In this document: positions 1 to 12,593 of the stretch, piece after piece
Position numbering within the stretch: the stretch's first letter is position 1
Layout: the number at the start of each line of letters is the position of its first letter
Assembly: GCA_951406725.2 (NCBI GenBank)
Contig: OX597817.1
Location: 69,006,001 to 69,070,000, forward strand
Source: Octopus vulgaris
Lineage: Eukaryota
Length of the DNA stretch: 64,000 nucleotides
Direction: 5' to 3'
Program-made: the position numbers and the translations under genes
Notes under the pieces: generated by a model
The model's database searches: none
Seen by the model: only the letters and a program-made list of their open reading frames with translations
What the model was told of the DNA's origin: nothing

Positions 1-955
1 ACCTGTTGAGTCAAGTGAAATCATTGTCGTGGCTGATGCCAGTACCACCTGATTGGCATGTAAAAAGCACTATTTGAGTGTGGTTGATGCCAATGCCGCC
101 TGACTGGCCCATGCTGGTGGAACATAAGAAACATCCACTTCACTCTTGGTTGGCATTAGGAAGGGCATCCAGCTGTAGAAACCTTGCCAGATCAGATTGG
201 AGCCGGGTGCAGCCTCCTGGCTTGCCAACCCATGCCAGCATGTAAAGCAGAGGTTAAACAAGGATGATGATGACAATGACAATATTCACATACAGAAACG
301 CATGAAATCTGAAACATTATCCTGATCAATTAATTTGTTGCTGACACCTACATGTTATATCTGAAAATATTATTAACCAAAACAAAACTTGCACTAGACA
401 TGTTAAAAATTTAAACACATCAAGCAAGGGAGATAAAACTCATTAGCTCAGTTGATTGAAAAACACAAACAAGTCAGAGTGTTGAAATGATACACATAAA
501 TAACTGGTAGAGTGATCAAGAGTTGAGGATATACTGCTATTGGGATTGAAAAGCAATTAGCAAGATAACTCTGTTATCAAAAAGTAAATGTGGTTGTGTT
601 ATTAGTGTTGGGGTCAAATGGAAATTATTATTCTTTTTATCAAGTTATGTATTGAATACTGACATTTGAAAATATATCATTAAATTATCTAAATTTCTTT
701 TTGGTTTTATTTTTTGTTTTGGGATCTATGTTAAAATGAACTAGGGTGTAGCTAATTTTTTGTTAGTGCAAAGTGAAATGTAATTTGGTTATTATTTCCA
801 CAGTTTGAAGAATTGCATATATATTTTTATTTTTAAATCTATATGTAATTATGAAAGTTTATTTTTGATTCACCACCATACATGACTAAATAGATTTGTT
901 GAATAATACCTGTGTCTCATCAGTGTGAATTATTTGCTTATTGATGATACAATGG

Positions 956-999
<44 letters not shown>

Positions 1000-1189
1000 T
1001 GTGTTTGCATATATGTGTGTAGACATGCATATGTATGTGCATACACACACACACACACACTCACACACACATATCATCTGCATGATTTTATGTCTGCTTT
1101 CCATGCTGACACGATTGAATAGTTTGACAGAATCTGATGAGTCTGAGAACAGTGTTATGCACCAATGTCTCAATATTGGCATTGTTTAA

Positions 1190-1298
1190 CTCTTTAGCAT
1201 TCAGAGTTCTTTGTCAAATGTTCAGCTTATTTATTCACATTATTTTCAATTAATCACGCATTATCTTGTAGTTTCAAGATTTCAATTGTATCATCATC

Positions 1299-1330
<32 letters not shown>

Positions 1331-1495
1331 TTAACGCTTTCTTTCCATGCTGTCATGGGTTAGACAGGGCATGGGCTGTTGGTATGGTCTGAGAATGACA
1401 TTGTAGGATAGGTGCGAGAGTTTGAATATGGTTGATTTTAACACAAAACAAGAAGAATATTTGGGCCAGATATGGCTGGATTAAATGCTAAAGGG
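1190..1495. mobile_element. piggyBac-type TTAA MITE, interrupted by a (CAT)n/RTE-tail fragment
   Basis: TTAA at 1186-1189 and 1496-1499. Termini CTCTTTAGCATT...AATGCTAAAGGG. Internal sequence matches the copies at 19615 and 38350. Confidence 0.75.
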
Positions 1496-1500
1496 TTAAG

Positions 1501-1716
1501 ATGACAAGCTGGCTGAATCGTTAGCATGCAGGGTAAAATGCTGCAAAACATTTTCTCCATCTTTACATTCTGAGTTCAAATTCCACTGAGGTTGACTTTG
1601 CCTTTCATCCTTTTAGGGGTTGATAAAATAAATACTCATTGAGTATTGTGGTCAATGTAATCAGCGTAGCTCCTTCCTCAAAATTGATGGCCTTGTGCCA
1701 AAATTTGAAACCAATA
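1501..1716 (+). mobile_element. SINE with Deu/Nin-type central domain
   Basis: Head AGCTGGCTGAATCGTTAGCA, B-box-like GAGTTCAAATTCC, central GTTGACTTTGCCTTTCATCCTTTTAGGGGTTGATAAAATAAATAC. Many copies in the window. Confidence 0.75.
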
Positions 1717-1920
1717 TTGACATGGCTCTTTTGTGGTTGTATGCCCTTGTTAACACCAACCTCTTTACAAAGTGCACTGAATGCACGTTTTTGTAGCACC
1801 AGCACTATGGAGTTGTCTTTCCATCAGCAACACTAAAAAGTCTTCTCATTCTTGCTCAAACAAAACATACTTTCAACCTAAGAGAAAGCTTTTATTAAGT
1901 ATGATAGTGAAGTGTATCTA

Positions 1921-2310
1921 TTCTCTTTTACTTGTTTCATCAGACTGCAGCCATGCTGGGGCACCAGCTTCAAGAACTTTTAATTGAATGAATTGACCCT
2001 GCAATACTTTTTTTTTTTTTAGAGCCTGGTACATATTCTATCATTCACTTTTGCTGAACTGCTAAGTTACAGGAACATGAATAGACCAAAACCAGTTGTC
2101 AAGCAGTTGTTGGAACACACACACACAGATACACATACATATACAGCAGGCTTCTTTTCAGCTTCTGTTTACCAAATCTACTCATGTGGCTTTGGTTGGC
2201 TCAAAGCTATAGTAGAAGATAGTTGTCCAAGGTGCCACGCAGTGTGACTGAACCCAGAACCACATGGTTGAGAAAAAAGCTTCTTACCACACAGCCACAG
2301 CAGTGCCTGT
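1921..2310 (-). mobile_element. tRNA-derived SINE (family A, internal microsatellite)
   Basis: Reverse complement matches the plus-strand copies at 8316-8730 and 43495-43910. Confidence 0.8.
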
Positions 2311-2897
2311 ATATGTAAGGATTTTGAAAGTTATCATGGCAGAGTAAATAATCATTTTGAAACTTGTGACACAAATTGCCCATTTCTTTATGAATAGATT
2401 TTCTAAAAACTTTTTCTTGATCATGCAAAAATGTATATAAATTCACAAATTGGATCATTTTACACTAAATAATACCAAGAGAGGGTATCTATTCTGCAAT
2501 TAGGCAAGGATATGCAATTTGCATTTGATCATAAAAATAATTTTCAGCATACCATACACAAGACATAGACATCCAGTTTATACTTGTTTTCTAAACCTGC
2601 ACTTAATTACCTGCAATTTGATATATAATAAGTAGGGTTTATTCATAATTAGCCACATCAACACAAGGATTTCTAAATCTCATGCACCTATAAATCTTAG
2701 CAAAGAGAGAAAAATTCTGGAAAAGAAAAACAAAAACCCCCACTTATTTTTACTAATTTGTTTAAGAGTTAATGAATGAACCTTTCTCTTTCTGATTCCA
2801 TCCAATTCTATCGCTCTCTTTTTGTGTGTGTGTACATTATGCAGAATGCTTTTATTTTTATTTCTTTACACATACATATATATTTATGTATGTATAT

Positions 2898-3328
2898 ATC
2901 ATCATCATCATCATCGTTGTTTAACGTACACTTTCCATGCTGGCATGGGTTGGACGGTTTGACTTAGGATTGGTGAGCCAGAAGGCTGCACCAGGTTCAA
3001 TCTGATCTGGCAAAGCTTCTTCAGCTGGATGCCCTTTCTAACACCAACCACTCTGAGAGTGCAGTGGGTGCTTTTACGTGCCACCAGCATGAGGGCCAGT
3101 TAGGTGGTTCGGCAATGACAACACTCAAAAGGTGTTTTTTATGTGCTTCCTGCACAGGAGCCAGTCTGGTGGCACTGGCAACGACCATGCTCGAATGTTG
3201 TATTTCACATGCCACTGGCACATGTGCCAGTAAGGCGACAATGTCAATGATCATGCTTGAATGGTGCTTTTAACATGCCACCAGCACGGGAGCCAATCCG
3301 TGGCCCTGGCAACGATCATGCTCGGATG
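2898..3328 (-). mobile_element. RTE LINE 3' UTR/tail fragment
   Basis: (CAT)n followed by TTTAACGT...TTTCCATGCTGGCATGGGTTGGACGG and GGTGCTTTTACGTGCCAC repeats, the same as the 3' end of the RTE at 4615-6143. Confidence 0.75.
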
Positions 3329-3342
3329 TATATATATATATA

Positions 3343-4597
3343 TTGGGTCATCTCATAAATAATGCAGTCTTTTCAACTGCATGAACCAAAAGTTGGAGGG
3401 GGATGGGTTAAACTACCTGCATCGACTTGCTATAAAAGCAGGTAGTAATTTAACTTATCCTTAGTGCAAGTTTCGAAGAGTGCAGCTCCATTTTAACAGT
3501 TATTTTTCAAAGCTCTAATGGAAGTAACAAAGGGGCATATTCAGTATATTTTGCTTTATTTGTTCAATAAAGGCAACAATGCAAAATAAAGTGTGAACAA
3601 TATTAATGCAGTATATGGTGATTGGACAATAAGAGTAAGCCAGTGTCAATGGTGATTCCAGAAATTCTGAGCCAGAAACTACAGCTTAGAAGATAAGCCT
3701 CATCCTGGAAGATCTGTAGAGCTCAACAAGGACATCCTGCAAACTCTGGTGGAACAAAATCCCATTGTAACTATTGAAGAACTAGTAGAGAAGCTTGGAT
3801 TTGGTCATTCAACCATTCATTGATATTTGCATGCCATTGGAAAAGTCAGCAAACTTTCTGAGTCTAATCGTGTGTAGAGAGTAAAGGCACACTCTTCTTT
3901 GCTGTCACATCTCATGAATGAATCTTTTTGGACCAAATAGTGACTGGTGGTGAGAGATGGGCTCTCTATAAAATTGTCAAGCATCAAAGACAGTGGGTAG
4001 GGAAAGGAGAAACAATAGCACTCCAGGCTAAAGGTCTTCACTCACATAAGGTGTTGTTATCTGTTTGGTGGGATATGAAAGGTTTATTCCACTTTGAACT
4101 CTTAAACCCAAACCAAATGATAACAAAAGAGATTTATTGCAAGCAGCTTGAATGGCTTATGTCAGCACTGGAAGAAAAACAACCATCTTTGGTTTCAAGA
4201 TGAAAGGCGTTCTTCCATCATGATATTGCTTGGCCACATACAGAAAGGATGACATTCCAAAGGCTGGAGCAGTTTGAATGGGAAACGATGATCCACCCAG
4301 CCACCATATTCACCAGATATAGTTCCATCTGATTATCATTTATTCCACAGTCACCAAAATCATTTGGATGGAAAAAACATGAACTCTGTAGATGAGCTCA
4401 GAACAGTGCTGGAGAGTATTTTTCATCATGGACAAGTGAATTTTGGAAGAGGAGCCTTGCAAGTCTACCAGATTGATGGAAGAGCATTGTAGAAAATGAA
4501 GGATAGTATATTTTAGATTAAAAAAGAACTTTGTTTATCTTAATTTTGAAAAATAAAAGGAGTATAAAACAACAGCATTATTTATGGAATGACCCAA
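3343..4597 (+). mobile_element. mariner (Tc1/mariner, DD34D) DNA transposon, both TIRs present, decayed
   Basis: TIRs TTGGGTCATCTCATAAATAATGC (3343) and GCATTATTTATGGAATGACCCAA (ends 4597). TA flanks on both sides within TA-rich tracts. About 1.25 kb. Confidence 0.95.
3518..4521 (+). pseudogene. mariner transposase pseudogene
   Basis: Translates MEVTKGHIQYILLYLFNKG...LEDKPHPGRSVEL...GFGHSTIH, DQIVTGGERW, KVLLSVWWDMKG, FHHDIAWPH, PPYSPDIVPSDYHLF. Multiple stops and frameshifts; the WVPHEL linker is missing. Confidence 0.92.
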
Positions 4598-4787
4598 TAT
4601 ATACTTATATATATCATCATCATCATCATCATCATCATCGTTTAGCGTCCGCTTTCCATGCTAGCATGGGTTGGACGGGTCAACTGGGGTCTGTGAAGCT
4701 GGAAGGCTTCGTCAGGCCCAGTCAGATCTGGCAGTGTTTCTACGGCTGGATGCCCTTCCTAACGCCAACCACTCCGCGAGTGTAGTG

Positions 4788-5400
4788 GGTGTTTTTTACG
4801 TGCCACCTGCACAGGTGCCAGACAGAGCTGGCGAACGGCCACGAACGGATGGTGCTTTTACGTGTCACCGGCACGGGGCCAGGCGATGCTGGCAACGGTC
4901 ACGAACGGATGGTGCTTTTACGTGCCACCGACAGGGGGCCAGACAGAGCTGGCAACCGGCCACGAACGGACGGTGCTTTTACGTGTTACCGACACGGATG
5001 CCAGACAGAGCTGGCAAACGGCCACGAGCGGACGGTGCTTTTACGTATCACCGGCACAGGGGCCAGCCGAGGCTGGCAACGGACACGGACGGATGGTGCT
5101 TTTACGTTCCACCGACACGGGGCCAGACAGAGCTGGCAAACGGCCACGAACGGATGGTTCTTTTACGTGCCACCGACACGGGGCCAGACAGAGCTGGCCA
5201 ACGGCCACGAACGGACGGTGCTTTTACGTGTCACCGGCACGGGGCCAGGCGAGGCTGGCAATGAACACGAACGGATGGTGCTTTTACGTGCCACCAACAC
5301 GGGGCCAGGCAGAGCTGGCAAACGGCCATGAGCGAATGGTGCTTTTACGTATCACCGGCACGGGTGCCAGACGAGGCTGACAGCGGACACGAACAGATGG
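4788..5400. repeat. about 60-bp GC-rich minisatellite (about 10 units) in the RTE 3' UTR
   Basis: Unit GGTGCTTTTACGTGCCACCGACACGGGGCCAGACAGAGCTGGCAAACGGCCACGAACGGAT, repeated head to tail. Confidence 0.95.
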
Positions 5401-5486
5401 GTCACTTAACCCCTGCTTTCTGATATATGATTTGATTTTGATTGTTCTCACTGGTCTTGCCGGGTCTTCTCACGCACAGCATACTT

Positions 5487-6141
5487 CTATAGGTCTCGGT
5501 CTCTGGTCATTTCCTTGGTGAGACCTAGAGTTCGAAGGTCGTGCTTCACCACCTCGACCCAGGTTTTCCTGGGTCTACCTCTTCCACAGGTCCCCTCAAC
5601 TGCCAGGGTGTGGCACTTTTTCACACACCTATCTTCATCCATTCTCACCACATGACCATACCAGCGCAATCGTCTCTCTTGCACACAACATCTGATTCCT
5701 CTTAGGTCCAACTTTTCTCTCAAGGTACTTACACTCTGTTGACTATGAACACTGACATTACACATCCAACGGAGCATACTAGCTTCATTTCTCGCGAGCT
5801 TACGCATGTCCTCAGCAGTCATGGCCCATGTTTCACTGCCATGTAGCATGGCTGTTCGTACACATGCATCATACAGTCTGCCTTTTACTCTGAGCGAGAG
5901 GCCTTTAGTTACCAACAGAGGTAAGAGCTCCCTAAACTTTGCCCAGGCTATTCTTACTCTAGCCGTTACACATTCAGCACACCCACCCCCACTACTGACT
6001 TGGTCACCAAGATAACGGAAGCTATCAACTACTTCTAGTTTTTCCCCCTGGAAAGTGACGGAAGTTGTTTTCTGCAGATTTTCAGAGGTTAATGCTCCCG
6101 AGCATCTGCCACATACAAAAACCATCTTCCTAGTTAGCCTT

Positions 6142-6143
<2 letters not shown>
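5487..6143 (-). pseudogene. RTE reverse transcriptase, C-terminal fragment (open frame)
   Basis: LEVVDSFRYLGD, YDACVRTAMLHGSETW, ERRLRWYGHV and GRGRPRKTW are typical RTE-clade motifs. Confidence 0.93.
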
Positions 6144-6183
<40 letters not shown>

Positions 6184-6782
6184 TATATAAAATATATATA
6201 TACACAAATATATAAAATATATATAAAGCACCGTTTAAGCATTGAGCCTCACAGAGGCAATGACTGAGCCCTTTGGCCTTATGCTGTGCTTGAGAAGAAG
6301 ACCCATCACGCTGAGCAAAATTGCAGTTGTAGCAGATACTGGTGTCATTCAAATGGCACCGATGCCAATGGCACATACAAGCACTCATTACACTCTCAGA
6401 GTTGTTGGCATTAGAAAGGGCATCTAGCCATAGACACCCTGCCAAGTCAGACTGGAGTCTGGTGCAGCCTTCCAGCTTGCCAACCCTGGTGAAACTGTCC
6501 AATCCAAGCCAGCATGGACAACAGACATTAAATGATAATGGCAATTTATATATATATATACATATATATACATTATTAGAGAGTTATGTATAAATTTGTA
6601 TTTTCTCCGTAGTTTTTTGTGCTAAGCCACTCGGTGTTAAATTAATGGTATTATTAAACTAATATCAATTTTTCACCCTCATTTATAAATTTACATATAT
6701 ATATATATATATATACACACACGCACACACACATTCATATGTATGTATATATAGATATATATATATACATACACACATTCAT

Positions 6783-6813
6783 GCATGTATGTAGATAGAT
6801 AGATAGATAAATG

Positions 6814-6846
<33 letters not shown>

Positions 6847-6875
6847 CTAGATAGATAGATAGATAGATAGATAGA
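6783..6875. repeat. (TAGA)n microsatellite
   Basis: Direct inspection. Confidence 0.95.
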
Positions 6876-7640
6876 AGCTTGTCAGTTTGTGTGTATGTGC
6901 ACTTTTGTCACCTATTAAAGAGGAGATTTTTTCATCATTTAGAAACAGCTGGTAGTCTGTCCACACTATATGTCAGTATGGACACTCTCAATTCTTGCCT
7001 CTTTATTAACACAATCAATTTGAAATATGATACGTGAGGCGTTGGGTAGAAAAGCAAGTACAAGCTTGGAATAATTAATAATTAATGAATCTGGAATTCT
7101 GAGCACGGCATTTGTTTGTTAGCAGCAGCTGCTGTAGATGCTATTTTGTTGTTTGTGTTGTTTATCGCCATGTCAGTCCTGTTTGAGCAGAGACTTATAA
7201 TCAAGTGTGTTCCAACAATGACATTCCATCTTATTCAATAACAAACTGGAAGAATAATTAGAGTATCAGATGGAATGCTTTGCCATGTTTGTTTTGACAT
7301 TGGCATGGTGTGTTCAAATCTCATCAAGATCAACTTTGTCTTTTTTCAGGGTCAATAAAAATCTTCCACTCCAAAGGAGTGAATTGGTACAACTGCAAAA
7401 ACACCAAATTAGATGCAGTATTTGTTCTAGCACTTTAGGTTTTGAGTTCAAATCACACTGTAGGTACTTGGGTGATGGACATAATCCATCACTTTAATAC
7501 TACCAGTTTTGGTCCTTTAGTGTAGTCAACTCTATTATAAGGGGCAGCATATGAACCATCAGCCTTTTAGCTATCAATAATTAAGTTAGTGTAAAACTAT
7601 TTAATACAATATTGCAATATTTCAGGATGGTTATTTCTTT

Positions 7641-7784
7641 TTAAGAAACACACAAAAACCGTTAGATTCACTTCAGCACGGAATTTTGTCAGTGAACAGG
7701 CCACGGTCTCAAAGTGACGAAAATATTTTGACAAATTAAAATAACATGTTGAAATGAATCTAACAGTTTTTGTGTGTTTCTTAA
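7641..7784. repeat. inverted repeat (about 38-bp arms) enclosing a degenerate hammerhead-like motif; probable PLE pLTR relic
   Basis: TTAAGAAACACACAAAAACCGTTAGATTCACTTCAGCA pairs with TGTTGAAATGAATCTAACAGTTTTTGTGTGTTTCTTAA. Confidence 0.7.
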
Positions 7785-7873
7785 ATGGCTTATAAACACC
7801 TTCCACACTGCAATTGTTTTCATTCCAGCACACAATCTCAGATCAGGTCACTTGCTATGCAAGTACATCTCCG

Positions 7874-8175
7874 TATTTCTTTTTCTTTCTTTGTTTTTAT
7901 ATTTTGCCAAATAAACACAAGCAATGACTATATACTTGTTCTTCATTTCAGATTTATTATTGTTCTTATTTTAGTGTCCTTTGTCTAAAATCTTTTGTCA
8001 CACATTTTGTGACCTCTTCAGTGACCCTTCATCCTACGTGGCTCATGTCTTGTCTAGTTCAAATCTTTCAGACAAAGGGCACTAAAATAAGAATAAGAAC
8101 AATAAAGTGAAGAACAGTCATATGGTACATGAGTTTATTTGGCAAATAAAAAAACAAAAGAAAAGAAAGAAAATA
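7874..8175. repeat. imperfect inverted repeat (about 110-bp arms) enclosing a minus-strand hammerhead-like core
   Basis: TTCTTATTTTAGTGTCCTTTGTCT pairs with AGACAAAGGGCACTAAAATAAGAA, and TTTGCCAAATAAAC pairs with GTTTATTTGGCAAA. Confidence 0.7.
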
Positions 8176-8315
8176 ACCATCCTGAAATCCAACAATATCT
8201 GTTCCAAACATGATTTCATATCAGGAATCTTGCAAAACAAACACATAAACATACATAATAAAAGAAAAATTAAAAAGTTAACTAGAAATAGATATTTGGT
8301 GAAGAAAATACAATA

Positions 8316-8730
8316 GACGCAGGAGTAGCTATGTGGTAAGTAGCTTGCTTACCAGCCACATGGTTCCAGGTTCAGTCCCACTGCATGGCACTTTGGGCAA
8401 GTGTCTTTTACTATAGCCTCAGGCCGACCAAAGCCTTGTGAGTGGACTTGGTAGATGGAAACTGAAAGAAGCCCATCATATATATGGATATATATATGTG
8501 TGTATATGTTTGTGTGTCTGTGTTTGTCCCCCCAACATCACTTGACAACCAATGCTGGTCTGTTTATGTGCCCGTAACTTAGTGGTTCAGCAAAAGAGAC
8601 TGATAGAATAAGTGCTAGGCTTGCAAAGAATAAGTTCTGGGGTCGATTTGCTCGACTAAAGGTGGTGCCCCAGCAAGGCCACAATTAAGTGACTGAAACA
8701 AGTAAAAGAGTAAAAAAAGAATAAAAGAGT
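8316..8730 (+). mobile_element. tRNA-derived SINE (family A)
   Basis: A-box-like GTAGCTATGTGG, B-box-like GGTTCAGTCCC, internal TA/TG microsatellite, GACTGAAACAAGTAAAAGAG tail. Confidence 0.85.
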
Positions 8731-9917
8731 AGGCTCTACCTTTCATCTTTTTCACATTGATAAACTAAGTATCAGTACTAAGTACAGAGGTCGATGAATT
8801 TGACTATCTCCCCACCTCCTTCGAAATTGCTGACCTCATGCCACAATTTGAAACCAGTATTATTTTCATATTTCTGCCAAGTACTGAAAAAAGAACTCCA
8901 GATATAGATGCAGGATGGCTGTGTGTTCACTTTGTGGCCACATGGTTTTGAATTGAATCTCACAGCATGGTACTTTGGGCAAGCATCTTGTACTCAAGCC
9001 TCAGACAGAAACTGTGTTGAATCCCATTATATATTTATATTCATGTGTGAGTGTATATGTATGTATGTGTTTGTATTTCTTTCTCACTAGTGTTGGTTTG
9101 TTTGTGTCCCCCCTATAACATAATAGTTTGACAAAAAGAGATCAGTAAGATAAATACCAAACAATAAGTACTGGAGTTGATTTGATCAACTAAACCTATT
9201 AACAGTGCAGCTCAATGACTGAATCAAATAAAGGAATACGTTTTGAACTTATTCTGACCACATCAGCAAAGTATAACCTTCATTGTACTTGCAGAAGTAA
9301 GCAAATACATATGATTGTAGTTTAGTCAATGTTTACATGGCCTATATAATATAAAGTGCATTAATCTATAACTTAAGTTACTTTCCTTTTTTTCTGTTAA
9401 ATACAAGGCATTTCAGACCAATTTTCATCTAATTTTGTTCTCATTAGTGAAACTTAGCCTTTACCATGTTTATCAATTTGTTAATTAATCAGTATAATAT
9501 TTCCTTGCCTACACAATTAGCTCTTGTCAGCTTTTCAATGCTCTCTTTCATTAAATATGCTAAAACTAATTGACTTATTATTTTTCAAGTTGAGAGCTTT
9601 TCCAAATTATTAATTTTTGAAGAGGTTCTATTATTTCATCAACAGGAAATGTACAGTTTTTTACATTTACTTAGTAATTCACTAATCACTCCTTTAGACA
9701 ATACCAATAAAGACTACATTTCACTGATGAGGTTAGAATAAAGTGAAACATATTCAGAGTTATCTCCTTTACTTGTTAGAAAAGTGTAAAAAGGATGAGT
9801 CACTGACATTTATTGATGTTACCCTTGCAACATAATTATCTATTTTTGTTTTGATTCTCTTTTTATATATGTTAACACTACCTTAACTATAAACATGTAC
9901 ATTATTTACAGCTGTGG

Positions 9918-10347
9918 AAGGTGGCAAGCTGGAAGAAATGTTAGCACACTAGGTGAAATGCTTAGCAGTATTTCATCTGTCTTTACGTGCTGAGCTCAAA
10001 TTCTGCCAAGGTCGACTTTGCCTTTCATCCTTTCAAGGCCAATAAATTAAGTACCAGTTGTGTACTAGGGTCAATCTAATCGACTGGCCCCTCCCCAAAC
10101 ATTTTGGGCCTTGTGCATAGAGTAGAAAAAATTATTTAGAGCTGTGGGTTAAGGTAACAAGCTAGCAGAATCATTAGCACACTGAACAAAATGCTTGGCT
10201 GTATGTTTTGAGTTCAAATACCTCTAAGGTTGACTGCTTTTTATCCCTTTGGGGAGTCAGTGAAACAAGTAACAATAAAGTACAGGGTCAATGTAATCAA
10301 CTTGTCCCCTCCATAAAACTGCTGGCATTGCACTAAAATTTGTTACC
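9918..10347 (+). mobile_element. two tandem Deu/Nin-type SINEs (9918-10130 and 10151-10347)
   Basis: Same head and GTCGACTTTGCCTTTCATCC domain. The flanking ATTATTTACAGCTGTGG motif occurs three times. Confidence 0.8.
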
Positions 10348-10479
10348 ATTATTTTACAGCTGTGGTTCTCACTCTTTTTCTGGCACACTATGGAGCCAAT
10401 GACAAATTTCTAATGCATATGTTTTTTCTTCCATGCCTATATGCTGGGCTCAGAGAAGAGGGAAGTACCCCAGGCCTTT

Positions 10480-10730
10480 GAAGGCCCTCCAAGACCAGTG
10501 AGATTAATGCCTTTAAGGCTTCTCTTTGAACAGCTGCAGGAAATATATCAGCAGAAAGCAACTTCCAGAGGAATGACATTCTGAGATAAAACAACGTGGT
10601 ACAGCAATTAGGGAGGGGTGAGTTTGAGTGGTTGGGATACAACAAATATAATTGAAAGAAGAATGAGAAGTAAAACAGGAATGCTTGAGTGAAGATAGCA
10701 TGAGTCCACTTAGCTCCAAGGAATGAAGGC
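10480..10730 (-). mobile_element. degraded 3' end of a CR1/Jockey-like LINE ORF2
   Basis: Minus-strand frames give ELSGLMLSSLKHS and LFYLRMSFLWKLLSADIFPAAV, resembling the FFPRTxxLWNxLPxxVFP C-terminal motif. Confidence 0.5.
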
Positions 10731-10977
10731 CATAAAAAGAAGTTAAAAAAAAAATAGAAAACCATTACACACCTTGTTTAATTTTTTATATTTTTGCACC
10801 ACATAAAAAGCATTAATGTGGGCGCTGGTTCCACATAAAAAGCACTGGTGATGGAACCACATAAGAAGCATCTAATACACTCTGTGGAATGACTGACATC
10901 AGGAAGGGCATTCAATCACAAAAACCAAGCCAAAACAGTCTATGGAACTTGGTGCAGCCCCTGGCCTTGCCAGTTTC

Positions 10978-11210
10978 CTATTTCTTTATTGCCCACAAGG
11001 GGCTAAACATAGAGGAACAAACAAGGACAGATAAAAGGGATTAAGTCGATAACATCGACCTCAGTGCATAACTGGTACTTAATTTATCGTCCCTGAAAAG
11101 ATGAAAGGCAAAGTTGACCTCGAGGGAATCTGAACTCAGAAGGTAACGGCAGACGAAATACTGCTAAGCATTTCACCCGGTGTGTCAACATTTCTGCCAG
11201 CTCACCACCT
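10978..11210 (-). mobile_element. Deu/Nin-type SINE inserted in an RTE tail, with 16-bp TSD
   Basis: TGGCCTTGCCAGTTTC at 10962-10977 and 11211-11226. Confidence 0.85.
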
Positions 11211-12561
11211 TGGCCTTGCCAGTTTCTACCAAGCCATCCAGCCAATGCCAGCATGGAAAATGGATGTTAAGTGTTAATCCTTAATACTTGTGTATAAGAG
11301 CATCAAGAATAACTCAATGTTTAAGACGCTCGGGCATTAGCTTTGATTTTCTGAAGCCTTAAACTCATCAATGTCCTTATCATTCTCATCATTTTAACAT
11401 CCACTTTCTCAAGCTTGTATGGGTCAGATGGAATTCATTGAGGCAGATTTTATAAGAACCATTATCCTTTCCTGTTAGCAAGTGAGATAAATCTGCCTAT
11501 GGCTATATATGTTCTCAAGGAAGACTGGAAAATAATGACATCACTTATATGGCAGTGACACTCATGACTATAACATGATTGGTTTTCACTTCAAAATCCA
11601 CCTACAAGGTTTGGGGCAGCCTGGGGCTATAATAGAAGTTACTTACCCAAGATGTCATGCACAGAGACTGGACCCAAACTATATGGTTGGAAAAGAGATT
11701 TATTAACAACAGCTGAGCCTGCATTCTAAATTATATTTCAAAAATCTTTGGCACACTAATGCACTGCAGGGCAGTGTTTGAGAAACACGAACTAAGAAAT
11801 TATCTCATTACTATTTAATTACATATGGTGAAAATTATATTTTGCTGATGAGGTCAGAATAAGATAGAAAAATATCCAAGGGTTGTCTCTTACATTTATT
11901 GAAAACCTGTAAATAACAAGTCAGTGACTGAGAAAGTTATTTTTTAATAATTTTCTTTTTTTTTTGTCACTCGTTATCATTTCTCATTAACATTTTGATG
12001 TTTCTTGTATAAAAATACTAACTTGACTATTTATTTGTTTATTTTTCGATTTAGTCATCTCACCATATAATTATTTCTTATTAGCAATTTGTAGTTTCCC
12101 TGTATTAATTATGCTATCACTAACTTTACGTCTTGTATATTTTTCTATCTCACTACATGATCAGCTCTCATTAACATTAAATGTGCTAAATTGAATGTGT
12201 AAACACTCTTACATTAAATATATCATCATCAGCACCATCACTATTTTAAGCATGTTTCTATGCTGGCATAGAGAGGATAGTTTGACAGGAGCTGGTGATC
12301 CAGAGGACTGTATCAAGCATTACTATCTGCTTTGGGATGATTTCTACAACTGAATGCCCTTCTTAACACCAGCTACTTTACAGAGTATAATGGGTGCTTT
12401 TTAAGTGGCACCAGCACCAGTGAGGTCACCAAGTAACTTATAAAACAAGATCCCTCAACTGAGGGAGGTGGTTTTGTGTCAGGTGATGAGAGGTGAAAGT
12501 ATGAGAGAAGGAGAGATACTATAGAGGAGATACATGGCTATCTCAGTTGGAAAAGAGAGTG

Positions 12562-12593
<32 letters not shown>

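Larger units (their letters stand above)
4615..6143 (-). mobile_element. 5'-truncated RTE-clade non-LTR retrotransposon with 3' UTR and (GAT)n tail
   Basis: RT C-terminal ORF followed by a minisatellite UTR and (ATG)n tail. The 5' end abuts (TA)n. Confidence 0.92.

Noticed and set aside
4788-5400. Regularly spaced repeats resembling a CRISPR array, with three overlapping ORFs of 170-197 aa
   Set aside because: The inter-core segments are themselves near-identical, there are no cas genes, and the array lies in a eukaryotic RTE 3' UTR. The ORFs come from stop-free repeat units.
8316-8400. tRNA-like A/B boxes
   Set aside because: These are SINE heads; no full cloverleaf tRNA gene is evident.
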